The position numbers and the translations under genes were made by a program. DNA of 64,000 nucleotides from Blastocladiella emersonii ATCC 22665 (taxonomy: Eukaryota; Fungi; Blastocladiomycota): positions 1,054,001 through 1,118,000 of the forward strand of contig JANHCV010000008.1 of NCBI GenBank assembly GCA_025594325.1, read 5' to 3'. Shown here piece after piece: positions 10,626 through 21,431 of this stretch; the first letter of the stretch is position 1, and each line of letters opens with the position of its first letter. The notes under the pieces were generated by a model. The model saw only the letters and a program-made list of their open reading frames with translations, was not told the origin of the DNA and made no database searches.

Positions 10626-12269
10626 ATGACCTCGACTCAACAACAACCACCACGCATGGCCGACCACGGCCGCCGCCGCCCGCCCGCCCTCGCCGTCGGC
10701 GCAGTGCTGTCGCCGACCCCGCGCCGCCCGCGCGCCGCGTCCGCCGGGTCCGTCGCGACCCTGCACCTGCCGCACCCGTCGCCCTACTCGGCCGCGGTGC
10801 CCTCCTACGTCGCCGTCGACGTTCCCCCACCGCCACTACCTCTCCCCCAACCAACCGGCACGCCGTCGCCCCTCGCGCTCGCGCGGTCGCGGTTCCGCGC
10901 GTTCCGCCGCGCGCCGTGGCCGACCGCGAGCGCTTTTATCGGAGCGTACCCGCTGGCGCACTCGCGGCGCGACGTGGTGCTGACGGCGGTCGCGTGGACC
11001 TACTTCTCGGCGTGCTCGTTCGTGACGTGTCTCGCCAACTCGACCGCCGACCGCATCAACCCCAACAACCTGGTCCCCGTCGCCGAGCGCCGCGTGCTCG
11101 TGGACGCGGGCATGACGTACCTCGCGTCCGTCTACGAGACGTACGTCAGCGGGCCGCGGGATATCTCGGACTGGTTCGTGCGCCTGTGCGCGGTCCTGAT
11201 GGTCACGCGCGCCGTCCTGTCGGGTCCGCGCGCCGCGACGGTCCTGCGGCGTGCGTGTTACGTCGGCGGGACCATGTACCTCCTGCGCGCGCCGACCGTG
11301 CTCATGACCGTCTTGCCGAACCCGCTCGTCGCGTGCGAGTCGCACCCGGACCCGTCGCTGTGGCGCGACGCGGTGCAGCTCTTCTTCCAGCGGCGGTTCT
11401 CGTGCGGCGACGTCTTCTTCTCGGGCCACTCGATCGTCTTCGTCACCGCCGGCCGCCTCTGGCTGCGGTACGGCGCCAACCCGCTCGCCCGCGCCGCCGT
11501 CGCTTTGGTCACGTTCGCCGCCGTCACGTCGCTCGTCGCGTCCTCGTACCACTACTCGATCGACGTCTGGATCGCGTGTATCTTGACCTCGCTCGTCTTC
11601 TCGCTCTACCACTGGACCGCCGAGGGCCGCATCGGCGCCGGCACCTGGTGGGGCGACCTGGTCACGTTCCTCGACGCCGACGAGGCCTTGCGCGCCGCCG
11701 CGTGCCGCCGCGCCGCCCGCGCCTACGCGTGCGTCCTCCCCGCTCGCAACGCACCGCGGCGCGGCCCGCAGCGCCGCACTGGCGGGTACGCGCAACTCGA
11801 CGAGGAGGAGGTCGACCTGGAAGAAGACGATCTCCCACCATCCTACGCCTCCGTCTGCGACTCGTGCGCCGCGTGGTGGCCCGCTGCGAAGATCCCGCCA
11901 ACCCATCGCCGCCGCCCGCGCGCCGAGTCCACCGACTCGATCCCGACCACCGACGCGTCATCAACGGCGACCGCACGCGTGCACCCGATCCCCGTCATCA
12001 CCGCCGCCAAGCCCAACGACAACCTGCGCGTCGCGGCAAGCGTACCCCACACGCAGCAGAGGATGTCGCAGAACCGACCGCGCGTCGTCGTTGGCGGCGG
12101 CGTGGGCGGCGGGCTCTCGGCGCCCGCCGAGTGGAGCCCGCGGCTAGTGGTCGAGCGCGGGGATAGCGGCGCGTGGGATGGGCCGCCGCGAGCGATGAGT
12201 GGGGAGGGGGAAGAGGGCGAGGTTGGGGAGTGGTTGTTTGGGCAAGAAGAGGAAGAGGAGAGTGAGTGA
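10626..12269 (+). CDS. Sphingomyelin synthase / PAP2_C-family membrane phosphotransferase
   Basis: Several TM segments. Motifs CGDVFFSGH and HYSIDV match the SMS D3/D4 catalytic motifs. Intact 547 aa ORF, head-to-head with the PPR gene. Confidence 0.85.
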   Translation: MTSTQQQPPRMADHGRRRPPALAVGAVLSPTPRRPRAASAGSVATLHLPHPSPYSAAVPSYVAVDVPPPPLPLPQPTGTPSPLALARSRFRAFRRAPWPTASAFIGAYPLAHSRRDVVLTAVAWTYFSACSFVTCLANSTADRINPNNLVPVAERRVLVDAGMTYLASVYETYVSGPRDISDWFVRLCAVLMVTRAVLSGPRAATVLRRACYVGGTMYLLRAPTVLMTVLPNPLVACESHPDPSLWRDAVQLFFQRRFSCGDVFFSGHSIVFVTAGRLWLRYGANPLARAAVALVTFAAVTSLVASSYHYSIDVWIACILTSLVFSLYHWTAEGRIGAGTWWGDLVTFLDADEALRAAACRRAARAYACVLPARNAPRRGPQRRTGGYAQLDEEEVDLEEDDLPPSYASVCDSCAAWWPAAKIPPTHRRRPRAESTDSIPTTDASSTATARVHPIPVITAAKPNDNLRVAASVPHTQQRMSQNRPRVVVGGGVGGGLSAPAEWSPRLVVERGDSGAWDGPPRAMSGEGEEGEVGEWLFGQEEEEESE

Positions 12270-13072
12270 TTGCAGAGGAGTAATTTGATATCGCGTTTCT
12301 TCGCAACTCGATGAAAGAGAGATTATCGCCTGGATCATTGCAGCGAGCAGACAGGTCCCGCTGAGCGCGATGGTCGTCGCTTATGGGCTGGCGGCTTCGT
12401 CCTACAACAACCGGTTGCACCCTTGCCCTCGCTCCGCGCTTAATGAAAAGGCGACTGCGTCGCTGAGCTGCGGATGCGCTTCCATCTCAAGCCCAAAGAA
12501 ATGGGAGACAAAAATGCGACCACGCCAGCCCGATTCCCCAGTTATGGAATGGATCCCAAAGTCGGTCGTCCTGGGTCAGCGTGTTCTCGCCACTCGATCT
12601 TTGCGGGGCTGATGTGACTACGCGTGGACGCGTGCAAACGGGCACCGGCGCCCGTGGCGCGACGCGTGCAGCCGCGCAAGACGCGCGTCGAACATAGCAC
12701 GTGATGTCTCGCGCCTCGGCCGTGATTCGTGACTACCGATGGGGTTTCCTTGAGTCCCCGGCTGCGGCCGCCGTCAACGCACGCGAAGCGGCCTGCGCTG
12801 CTGCCTTCACTCCTGCCCCTGCCGTCCCCGATCTGGATGCCCCGTTCCCATCAATGCGCCAACTAGCGGTGGACATGCTCGTAACTGGCTCCTTGATCGT
12901 CAAAACCGACCCATGGAAGCGCCTCGCCCGGTTCCAGGCAGACGAGCGGGGCGCAGCGCGAGTCCGCAGCCCAGAACCGTCCCACAACCGCGGTCAGCGC
13001 CGCGCCGAGCATTCCACGGTCCCCGGCCGCGACCCCGAGACACGACTTCGCGTGCCCGATCGCTGCTCAAAC

Positions 13073-16000
13073 TGCGGTAAGAAAAAGGTGGACCAAATGA
13101 ACCCCGCCGCGGAGGCCGAGATCCAAGCTCCGTGCAAGCCTTGCAAATCCGGGCCTTGCGAATTTGCGGCCAATTTACACGGTTTGGAGGCAAATTTTAA
13201 ACCTGAGGAAATTTGCATCAAATTGAACGGCGGCCCGCGGGTCGGCTCGGACAGCGAATTTGCAACCAATTTGTGTTCAATCTGCTGCGATTTGATGGCA
13301 GATTTGATGGCCAATTGGCGAGGCGAGCGATCCGGTTGGCGCACGAATTGATGGCATATTCTCAAGATGGGGACTGCGCTTTGGTGCTTATTTGCGAGTG
13401 TATTGCGTACAAGGGAGATCTCAGATACAGGTCAGGGCGCCGCCGCCGCGGGTCGCACGGCGTGCGAGTCGGAATCCCGGCCCGTGCGCGACGACGATGC
13501 ACGACAACCAGGTACCCGAGCGGACCGCAGACGCCGTCGCCAGCACCAGGCCTCCGCACTCGGAGCCGCCGCCCGTGACCCGAACCGCGTGCGCGTCGCA
13601 CTTGCTGCGATCCGCGGTCAGGTCGCGCCGCGACCCCGAGTACAGAAACCGGCTGGGCGAGATGGTGGTCAGAGATCGCTGCTACAAGCAAGAAAGGTCC
13701 AAGAGCTCATGTGAGTCGCGCTGCGCCTCGAGCGGCGTGTGACGAGGGCGTACCAAGTCGTCTTAGGAATCGGCACCCTACAGCTTGCGGATCTTGCTCG
13801 TCAGATGGGCCATCGAGAGGTGGCGGGTTGATGGTGCAGCGAGAGACCAGTGGATCACGAGGGGCTACGAGGAGCAATGTGAGCGAGCATGTCAGTCGCG
13901 CGCCAACTCTTGCGCAGCGACGAAAAGTGTCGAGCGTACCTGCGACTGGGACTTGACGCACGCGGTGGGCGCGGCCGAACCGCTTGAGCGAGCCCGTCGG
14001 CGCTACTGGCGCGAGCGCGTGGCGTGAGCACATACAGCAGGCGCAAGTGGTGTGGTGTTGACGGCGTACCGTCGCGCGCGATGCTGGCTCGATGGTCTCA
14101 GGTCCATGAGTCGCCAAATGTTGAGTCCCTGGTGGCGGACGCGCGCCGGCGGCTACATGGGCACCGCACAGGTGTCAGCACCTTTGATGAGCGCGCACGC
14201 GGCTGGTAGCCCGGTGGGGTCCACCTGCGCTGCGCCGTGCCGCACCCGAAGCATGAGCGCGGGGGAGCGCGCGCACGACGGCGCGCACGCGTAGCGGCGA
14301 CGACGCCGCTGGTCTCACGGTGCGTCGACCGTGGAGCGAGCAGTGGATGACGCGCACCACGCCGGGCACACCGCTCCGAAACCGCAACACGACGGTCGGC
14401 GCGATGGGAGCCAAGCGCGCGGCGGCGGCCGCGGCGGAGCGGAATGACGCGTACCTTTTGACGGTGGCCGCATGAATGCCGTGCGTCGAGGTCGCAGTGT
14501 GCTTCGTTGTCGGATGGGTGATACATTGCAGCGAGTGGTGATGAGTGAGGGAGCGGGGACCGCGCGCGGCGTGGCGAAGAGTCACTCGCTCGGCCGACGC
14601 GCGCTCGCGCTCACGTCCACGCCAACCTGTGTCACGTGCGCGTGACCGACACGTGTTTTTGCGACGCGTCTCGCAGCCCGTCTCGCAACCCGCCGTGCCA
14701 CGACTCTCGCTCAGTTTCGCTAGCCTTGAAACGCGCGGTTAAAAAAAAAACGACAAACTGCACTTGAAAGCAGGACTGCGAGGGGAGGAGGGAGGAACTG
14801 GCAGGGCACGGCGCGTTCCGGGTCGTGACGCGGCCGCGCGGTTACCCCCTTTGTTCTCGAGTTGATGAAAGCTTAGAATTTGGTTAGGCTTTGGAGCGAC
14901 GAGCCCCTTGTCATGACAGTTGTAAGCACATCGCAGCAGCCGGATCGTACCGCAGCTCACGCGAGGTTCTCAGGCGATCCTCAAAGGTCATTCATCGACC
15001 TTTGAAGGGAATCTTGCGCCTGAACGAGCACGCAGGCCAAGCGTGAACGGACGTGGCCAACGTGGCCCTGCGGTGGCGTCGGACGATGGAGTTCACACGC
15101 CTGCCACAGTTCACTCAGTTGCTCCCTCCACCTTCCGGGCATTTATTACGTATGCTGCAGATACCCCTTGATGCAATGTCTTAAACCCATGGACTTATTT
15201 CAAATTGCGCTTAGTTTATGTCTTCTTGCGCGATTCGAGCGCCGCGCCGAACCCGTAACACAGGCAACGCCAGCCGCTGACGAGCCGCGCCTGTCGCTCC
15301 AAGCGCATCAGAAGTCATGTCCGCTTTTGATTGGACCGCCGGAAGCTTCAGCTAGTTGATAGGACCGCTCGCCAAGTCGGAGACCCGCCCTTGAGTGACG
15401 AACAGAATGTCGCCTACTGATCCATGACTCTACCATGAAGCTGTAGACGTTCACGTCGCGTTTCAGCTCTAAAGGCGCCGCGTGGCAGATAGTGAAGCTC
15501 GATCACGGGGTGTTACATGCTCTACCAGCGTCAGAGGCAGCTCGAGCATGGCCGTTCCGCGACCCTGTGTTCAAGCAAAGGAATAGCACCATTCGCAACT
15601 CTCTGAAGTGGCCTTCGATGCGTTCCAGGCGATTAATCGCACCGACTGGATTGCATGCACCTCATTCAAGTCTGGAAAGATTTGCAACGTGCCGGTTCAG
15701 CGCCGTGGACGTGCTTCACTGGTTGAGCGACTGTCCCGCGCGCTCTCGCAGAAGCGCTGACATGTGAGCAAGCTATGTACCAGGGCTCACCAGCTTTACT
15801 CGAGGCTGGCAATTGTTGTCCATTCGTGCTCGCGGAAGCGGTTCACTCGCTCGCTCTCGTCAACTTGTACGAGTCAAACCAGTATGCGATCACGTTCAGA
15901 CAGTTGTTGGAAAGCTCCGAACTCTTCTTGGCCGCTTTGCTTGCCGCGCCGGTAGGTGTCCACCTAATAAGCTCGATCCGCGAGCGCGATCCGCAACAGC

Positions 16001-16658
16001 ATGCGTGCCGCAAACCCCTTCAGGCGAACATAGGTTTTGCCCTCTTTAAACTGCAATCTCGGCCAGGAAACCAAGTTTATTTACCGAGGTAGAGGTAGTT
16101 GACCAGTTTGCCGCCAGGAGAAAGCCTGTTTACCCTCTGGATTGGATGCTGTACTCGATTTGCGACCCCATGAATTCAAACAGTGTCTATCGTTTCCGTG
16201 CTCCTCTGAGCGCTAAATCTATTTCCGCGAGTCACATCCTTCACTCCGTTGCGCAGGAACGACTTTCGAGGTTAGCTTCTCGAATCAACCCCGGCGGTGT
16301 GTTAGCGTTGAGAATCCGATCGCCATTTTTTTCTCGACACCCGGCTTCCAACCACCCCAACGCTTAATTAGCTCTTTTGTAGCTCTCACCACGATCAGTT
16401 CATCACCGTCGAGAACAGGGCAATCGACTGAGCCGTTGTGGTGAAAAGTCCAACTTTCTCCAAGGGCAACTCCGACCACCGCGACCACCAGCGAAAAATC
16501 CCCCTGACCTCCCCCATCACACTCATGTATTGCATTGAACGGAAATCTTTATTTGCGATTTCGACCCTCGCCCGACCCGGCCCAAGAATTGAGTGCAAAT
16601 TTGCAGCTGGCCGCACAATTTGTGATCCGCGATTTCCGATGTTCTCCCTCTCACGGCT
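13073..16658 (+). mobile_element. Candidate ~3.6 kb TIR DNA transposon (element 3), degenerate relative of elements 1 and 2
   Basis: GCAAATT/AATTTGC motif arrays at 13140-13350 and 16550-16630. Internal CACGTG..GCGACGCGTCTCGCA motif (14650-14675) is shared with elements 1 and 2. Ends are degenerate (TGCGGTAAGAAAAAGG; TCACGGCT). Confidence 0.5.
15300..16530 (+). pseudogene. Decayed transposase remnant (CMC/EnSpm- or Plavaka-like) inside element 3
   Basis: Fragment VKLDHGVLHALP..WPFRDPVFKQRNSTIRNSL resembles the KxH..H..GP..FE..N..IR catalytic-end motif. Many stops and frameshifts. Confidence 0.4.
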
Positions 16659-16859
16659 CCTGTAAACGTGATCGCGCGCTGTCGAGCCCGCTGCAGTCGC
16701 CGCACATGCTCAATATGGCCGAGTGCGCGTTCCAGCAGTTCGACGAGCACGAGAATGCCTGCTGCCCGCCTCGCTCGCCGCGCCGTCACCGAGGACAACC
16801 AGGCCTCGTTCCGCCGTTTCAGCGTTCCCGCGCTCGCTACCGGTGTGTTACTACCAGGT

Positions 16860-17460
16860 CGGCGAGGCCAGTGCTTGCGGCCGCGCTCCCTGCGAGCCTG
16901 AACAGAGTCGACTTGCGCGGCAACTGGATCAGCGACCCTGCCGCAACCAAGATCGCCGACCGCTTGCGCGAGCCGCTCTTCGAGCTCAATTTTCAGCCAA
17001 CGCGGTTGGTGATGCCGGTGACGCGCCCATCAAGCAGAAACCGCTCGTGTCCGTCATGATGACGTTCTTCCTTGGCCGCAAGCTGATCTTCGACGCCGGC
17101 ATGCGCGCGCTTGGGGAGCGCCAGCGCGCGGTGTTCGCGTACCATCCTGCACCTTGGCGGCGGCGGCCAGGTTACGGACACGGGCCCGCACGCGCTTGGC
17201 GAGTCCCTGCCCGCGGCGCTCGCGCATCTCGGCCTCTCGTTCAACCCGAGCGTCGCCGCGGGGACGTCAGCGATCGCGTGCAAGCTGCTGCCGTCGCTGA
17301 GGACATCTGATATATCGAACAACGTGGTCGGCGACGACAGGGCCTTGCTCCTCGCGGCCGCATTACCGTGGGCCTCTAGCGGCTGGCCCTACACGCAAAC
17401 CGGATCGGCGCGACGGACTTGGCAGTGATCGCACAGTACCTCGGCGCGACGCTTTTTGTC
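16860..17460 (+). pseudogene. Heavily decayed RNI-type LRR gene fragment
   Basis: Fragments in changing frames: LPASLNRVDLRGNWISD, LPAALAHLGLSFNP, LPSLRTSDISNNVVGD, LALHANRIG. Confidence 0.7.
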
Positions 17461-17835
17461 CCGCGCAGCTCGGAAGGAAACGGATTGCGAACATGGTCAG
17501 CGGGGTGGCTGAGATGCTGTCTCGTTGCTCTTGCACCTTGGCCTCGGCGTGTGTAATCTTGGCGACACGAGCGGGTCTCCGGTCTCTGTGCGGCTGTGCT
17601 GAAGCTGATACAAATCGAGGTCGCTGGTAGCGCGATAGGGGACACGGACACGCTAGGTGTTAGAACCGAACTTCAGGGCGGGTCGCGGGTATCTAGTAAG
17701 GTCACCATCGTTTTAATGGTTCGGTCCGCTCAAGGTGCAAGACGCGAGGCGGAATTCATGCGTCACTTTCGTTCAGCACGGTAAAGCTTTGAACAGTTCA
17801 ATTTATTCACATGTACGCGTGCAATCACCACCCAA

Positions 17836-19731
17836 TCAAACCTCAACCTTTTCGGCCCACGCCCTGAACTCGGGATGGTAAGACAGGCGCGCCTGCCCAA
17901 TCAGGACGCTCCGAACCTCTGGATCAACCATGACGGGACCGTCCCACATCGCGCGGAGCAGCGCGAGGCGCGCATTCGCGTCTGCACCGAGTAAGAAACG
18001 ATGCCCAAGGTCGCCTGACATGACCCACGGTTCGCCGCGCAGCTTTGTCACCTTGCTGGCAAACTCGGGGATGCGAGCCGGATCGAACGCGACGATCGAC
18101 CCAATGACGAGAAGCATGTGAAGTCCGTGGCCGTTGACGCCGTGCGTGTGCGCGTCGCGCGGGTGGCCCGTCAAGTCGAGATCCGAAGCAGGCGTGACAA
18201 CGTCAATGAGCCGCTGGATTTGATCGACTGAGGCTGAAGCAAGGATCGACCGCCAAGTTGAGCCTCGGAAAACTCGGGCGTGGCGTGCGTCTGCCTGCAG
18301 TTCCCGTGAAGCAGTCGCGTACCTGGCATAGGACTCGAGCCAAGCAGATGGCGGAAGCGGCGAAGTGCGCCACACCCAGGGACCTTTATTGCTCGCAGCA
18401 GAGTATTCAGCTGAAACTGGACACCAAGGGAGCCGCTCCATCGCAGCAACGACGAGATCGGGATCACAAATCCCGTCAAAGACTCTGGAAAAGGCGCTGG
18501 GCGGGCGGCCGTCCCAGGGCTCGATCCAACGAAGATCGCGCGCGTAAGCGTCAAGGACTGGGAGCGAATCGACGGGCCGCATGCGGGCGATGGGGTATTC
18601 GTGCCTGCTATCGCAAACCAAAAAAAGATCGCAAGTTTGCCAACAGACCACACGGCCCGAATTGAGCAAGCTGTGTACAGCATCCAGCTGTTCGCGCATT
18701 CGAGTCGTCTCGTACTCGTCGTGCAGCGGGAAAAGCGTCTCAATTCGATTGCGCACCGAGTCCATGCCATGCGTGATCTTGAAATGGTCCTTGACCTGGC
18801 CGAGCACGGTAAACTTGGTTGAAACATCATCAGCAATCTCGCCGCCGCGGTTCGTGTAGCTCTCGTGCTCGGCCGAGAGAAGTATCAAGTCCATGGCAAC
18901 GCACGGCCGCGGGGCATCGGGCATTCCAAACGACTCGCGGCGCAAGGCATCGAGTGCCATCCCGAGGAGAAATGTGGCGCTGAAAGAATCGGCGTGGTCG
19001 ACATTATTGTCCAGGGCACGTGTTCCGTCCGTAGCAAGATGTAAGAGGAACTTGAGGCAGAAAGCGCGACCCTGGCGCAGCACGCCGCGCGCGGCCATGT
19101 GTACGAAACATTTGGTGAACAAGAGGGCCCCGTACTTGAGGAACAGAATCTGCGTCTGGTGAGCTGGCTGGCGCGGGTCGTCGAAAACGTCAAGCTCGGC
19201 AGACCGCGACCGAAGCATCGCCGCAAGTCTGGATCCATGCGAAAACCGCAAATAACTTGTCTCATTCAATCCCGTCCAATTGAGCAGGACGCGGCAAAAT
19301 GCCGACGGAACGCGCGACTGGGAAGCAAGGATCAAAAGATCCTCTTCTTGGGCGACGGTCAACGGCCACGAGCTCTCGGAAACGGTGACCGACCATTCGC
19401 CGAGCTCGGTCCATCGAGTATCGTCGACGTCCGCATTTAGCCGCACCAGCGCTCGGGCCAGGGCAAGGAAGTTGGTCGAGTGATCATCCGGGTGTTGTTC
19501 GTACTGGCAGTGACGGATCGGGGTTGGTGCAAGTTGGCGGAAATCGTCAAAACGGCCGCCAAGCAGCGGGAAGACGGCCTGCAGCCAAGGGCGGACTGCC
19601 CACAGCGACGGCTCGGCGAGTGCAGCGCGGCAAGTCGCACGAAGGGCGAGCGCAGAAGGAACATCGAGGAGTTGTGCAATGGCGCACTGAAGCTCTTGCG
19701 GCAAGTTAAATAGCGTGAGGGCTTCGTTCAT
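17836..19731 (-). CDS. F-box-like domain protein with uncharacterised C-terminus
   Basis: N-terminal LFNLPQELQCAIAQLLDVPSALALRATCR is an F-box pattern; intact ORF of about 630 aa. Confidence 0.7.
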   Translation of the reverse strand: MNEALTLFNLPQELQCAIAQLLDVPSALALRATCRAALAEPSLWAVRPWLQAVFPLLGGRFDDFRQLAPTPIRHCQYEQHPDDHSTNFLALARALVRLNADVDDTRWTELGEWSVTVSESSWPLTVAQEEDLLILASQSRVPSAFCRVLLNWTGLNETSYLRFSHGSRLAAMLRSRSAELDVFDDPRQPAHQTQILFLKYGALLFTKCFVHMAARGVLRQGRAFCLKFLLHLATDGTRALDNNVDHADSFSATFLLGMALDALRRESFGMPDAPRPCVAMDLILLSAEHESYTNRGGEIADDVSTKFTVLGQVKDHFKITHGMDSVRNRIETLFPLHDEYETTRMREQLDAVHSLLNSGRVVCWQTCDLFLVCDSRHEYPIARMRPVDSLPVLDAYARDLRWIEPWDGRPPSAFSRVFDGICDPDLVVAAMERLPWCPVSAEYSAASNKGPWVWRTSPLPPSAWLESYARYATASRELQADARHARVFRGSTWRSILASASVDQIQRLIDVVTPASDLDLTGHPRDAHTHGVNGHGLHMLLVIGSIVAFDPARIPEFASKVTKLRGEPWVMSGDLGHRFLLGADANARLALLRAMWDGPVMVDPEVRSVLIGQARLSYHPEFRAWAEKVEV

Positions 19732-19927
19732 GGTATGTATTGCATGGCAGGACGGGGCGGCGTGGGAGCGCGAACCGGAACGCGCCGTTTTCCGTTCGCC
19801 GCCTCGACTCGCCCGCTCCCTCTCCCCTCGGCGCACCACCGTGCCGTGTTTTGAATGTAACCCCATGCATTGATCTCAGCTGCCTCGTCTTATGTGAGCC
19901 TCTGCCGCGGTCGCAATGTTGGTGAAA

Positions 19928-21304
19928 TCAACCCTCCCGCTTGAGCTGCTCGATCGCCGCCCACAACGCGCCCAAGGCCCGGACACACACATCTCGCGGG
20001 ACCTGTTGCACAACGCCGAGGAACTTACGTGCGTTGGCCGCTTCAGCCGCGCCCAAGTCGCTGCCCCTCGCACGCTGCGATAACACTGTTCTGGCACCCG
20101 CCGTGGCCCGGATCAGATCTTGGAGTTCCATAGACAGTGGAGCTGGGAGTGTCACATGAAGCGCGCGATGGGCATTCACAATGGCGCGAGCGTGCGGGCC
20201 GACGTTCATAATCTCGCGGCACCGCTCAGTTGAGTGCGTACGGCTCTTGCGTTGTAGGTGGGCGCTCCGGGAGCAGAAGTCGCACGTAGGGCTTGGTATC
20301 GTTGGAAGAGCACGCACAGGTGTTGGGATGATAAGCGGCACGGCCACGGGCGCGGCGGGAACAATCACGTCGCGCAGGGATAGAGCCATGGACTCGATTG
20401 TCTCAGTCGAATTGGCAATGTGGAGGGTCAGCGGCGACAAGGCGAGGCCAAACGCATTCCGCAGCTTGGCGTAGAACATGTGCTTGATATGCCGCTGCGC
20501 TTTGAACTCGGGTGTGATCGGGACCACCTCGCCCGCCGCCCGACAGAAGCACACGTAAAAGCTCCACACTGTCTCTTTTGGTGCCGCTGCGACGGACAGC
20601 CAGCGCTGCTTCCACTCTGTCATCCATATTGGGTTCGCGGCGTTGAGGAAGATGCATCTCACTTCGTCGTCATGGGCTTCGGTCAACTGGTCGCTGAGAA
20701 AGAGCGCGTAGACCAAGTACAACTGCGGTTGCACGTTGGCCCGGGCGGCGATGAGTAGCGTTGCAAGCGGGACACCTGGGACCTGTCGCGCAAGGAGATC
20801 GAGAAAGTCGGCGGCCGTTGTGGCGACCGGCTGGTACGCGTTGCTTCGGATGAGACGCTCGTAGACTGGTCCCCTGGTACGCAAGTACTCATAGAGCTGC
20901 GTCGGAGACGACAAGGACAGTTGGCGAGGCGGTGCGTGAATTGGAAGCGACGTCGGGCGAGCGGGAAGGCGCACGGAAGTCGAGAGCGGGGCCGCGCGGG
21001 GAGTCGCTGGCGGCGAGATCGGTATTGCGGTGGATGGAACTGTTGTTGGCAACTGCTCTTGCACATGTTGTAACTGAGAAGATTGGTCAACGCGGCCGCC
21101 AAGTCTCCCGCGCAAGTACTCTCCAATTCGGTGCAGCCGATGCGATAGGGTGGATAGAAGCGGGTCGGGACAAGCAAGCTGGCGGCCCTCCGCCGACTCG
21201 GGAGCTTGACGCGCCGCTGCGAAATAGCTCGTCGCGCCTGACGAACAAGCTCGTTTAAGCTCACTGGATATATTGCATAGAGTCTCATCATGTGGGTGCT
21301 TCAT
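19928..21304 (-). CDS. Gag-like protein 1 (helical capsid-like core + CX2CX12HX4C knuckle)
   Basis: Intact 458 aa ORF. Core ADFLDLLARQVPGVPL..WKQRWL..PKETVWSFYVCF and knuckle CDFC-x12-H-STER-C; homologous over its whole length to 21432 and 53989. Confidence 0.6.
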   Translation of the reverse strand: MKHPHDETLCNISSELKRACSSGATSYFAAARQAPESAEGRQLACPDPLLSTLSHRLHRIGEYLRGRLGGRVDQSSQLQHVQEQLPTTVPSTAIPISPPATPRAAPLSTSVRLPARPTSLPIHAPPRQLSLSSPTQLYEYLRTRGPVYERLIRSNAYQPVATTAADFLDLLARQVPGVPLATLLIAARANVQPQLYLVYALFLSDQLTEAHDDEVRCIFLNAANPIWMTEWKQRWLSVAAAPKETVWSFYVCFCRAAGEVVPITPEFKAQRHIKHMFYAKLRNAFGLALSPLTLHIANSTETIESMALSLRDVIVPAAPVAVPLIIPTPVRALPTIPSPTCDFCSRSAHLQRKSRTHSTERCREIMNVGPHARAIVNAHRALHVTLPAPLSMELQDLIRATAGARTVLSQRARGSDLGAAEAANARKFLGVVQQVPRDVCVRALGALWAAIEQLKREG

Positions 21305-21431
21305 GGTGGTGGGACCTTTGGAAGGCTAACGAACGCGGGTTAGAGTCGGCAGCCAAATGAGCGACGCGCCCCGTTTCGGATACCGCTCCTCACAAACGCC
21401 TTCCTCAGCAAACAGTTGACGGTACATTCTT

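Noticed and set aside
7596-12166. Long ORFs 7596-10097 (+), 9031-10083 (-), 10220-12166 (+) and 10836-11906 (-)
   Set aside because: Antisense or alternate-frame shadows of the GC3-rich PPR and SMS genes; Arg/Gly/Pro-rich with no motifs. The same applies to most overlapping ORFs in the track.
12300-13070. Gene in ORF 12701-13351
   Set aside because: The second half is the subterminal array of element 3, and the first half has no recognisable motif.
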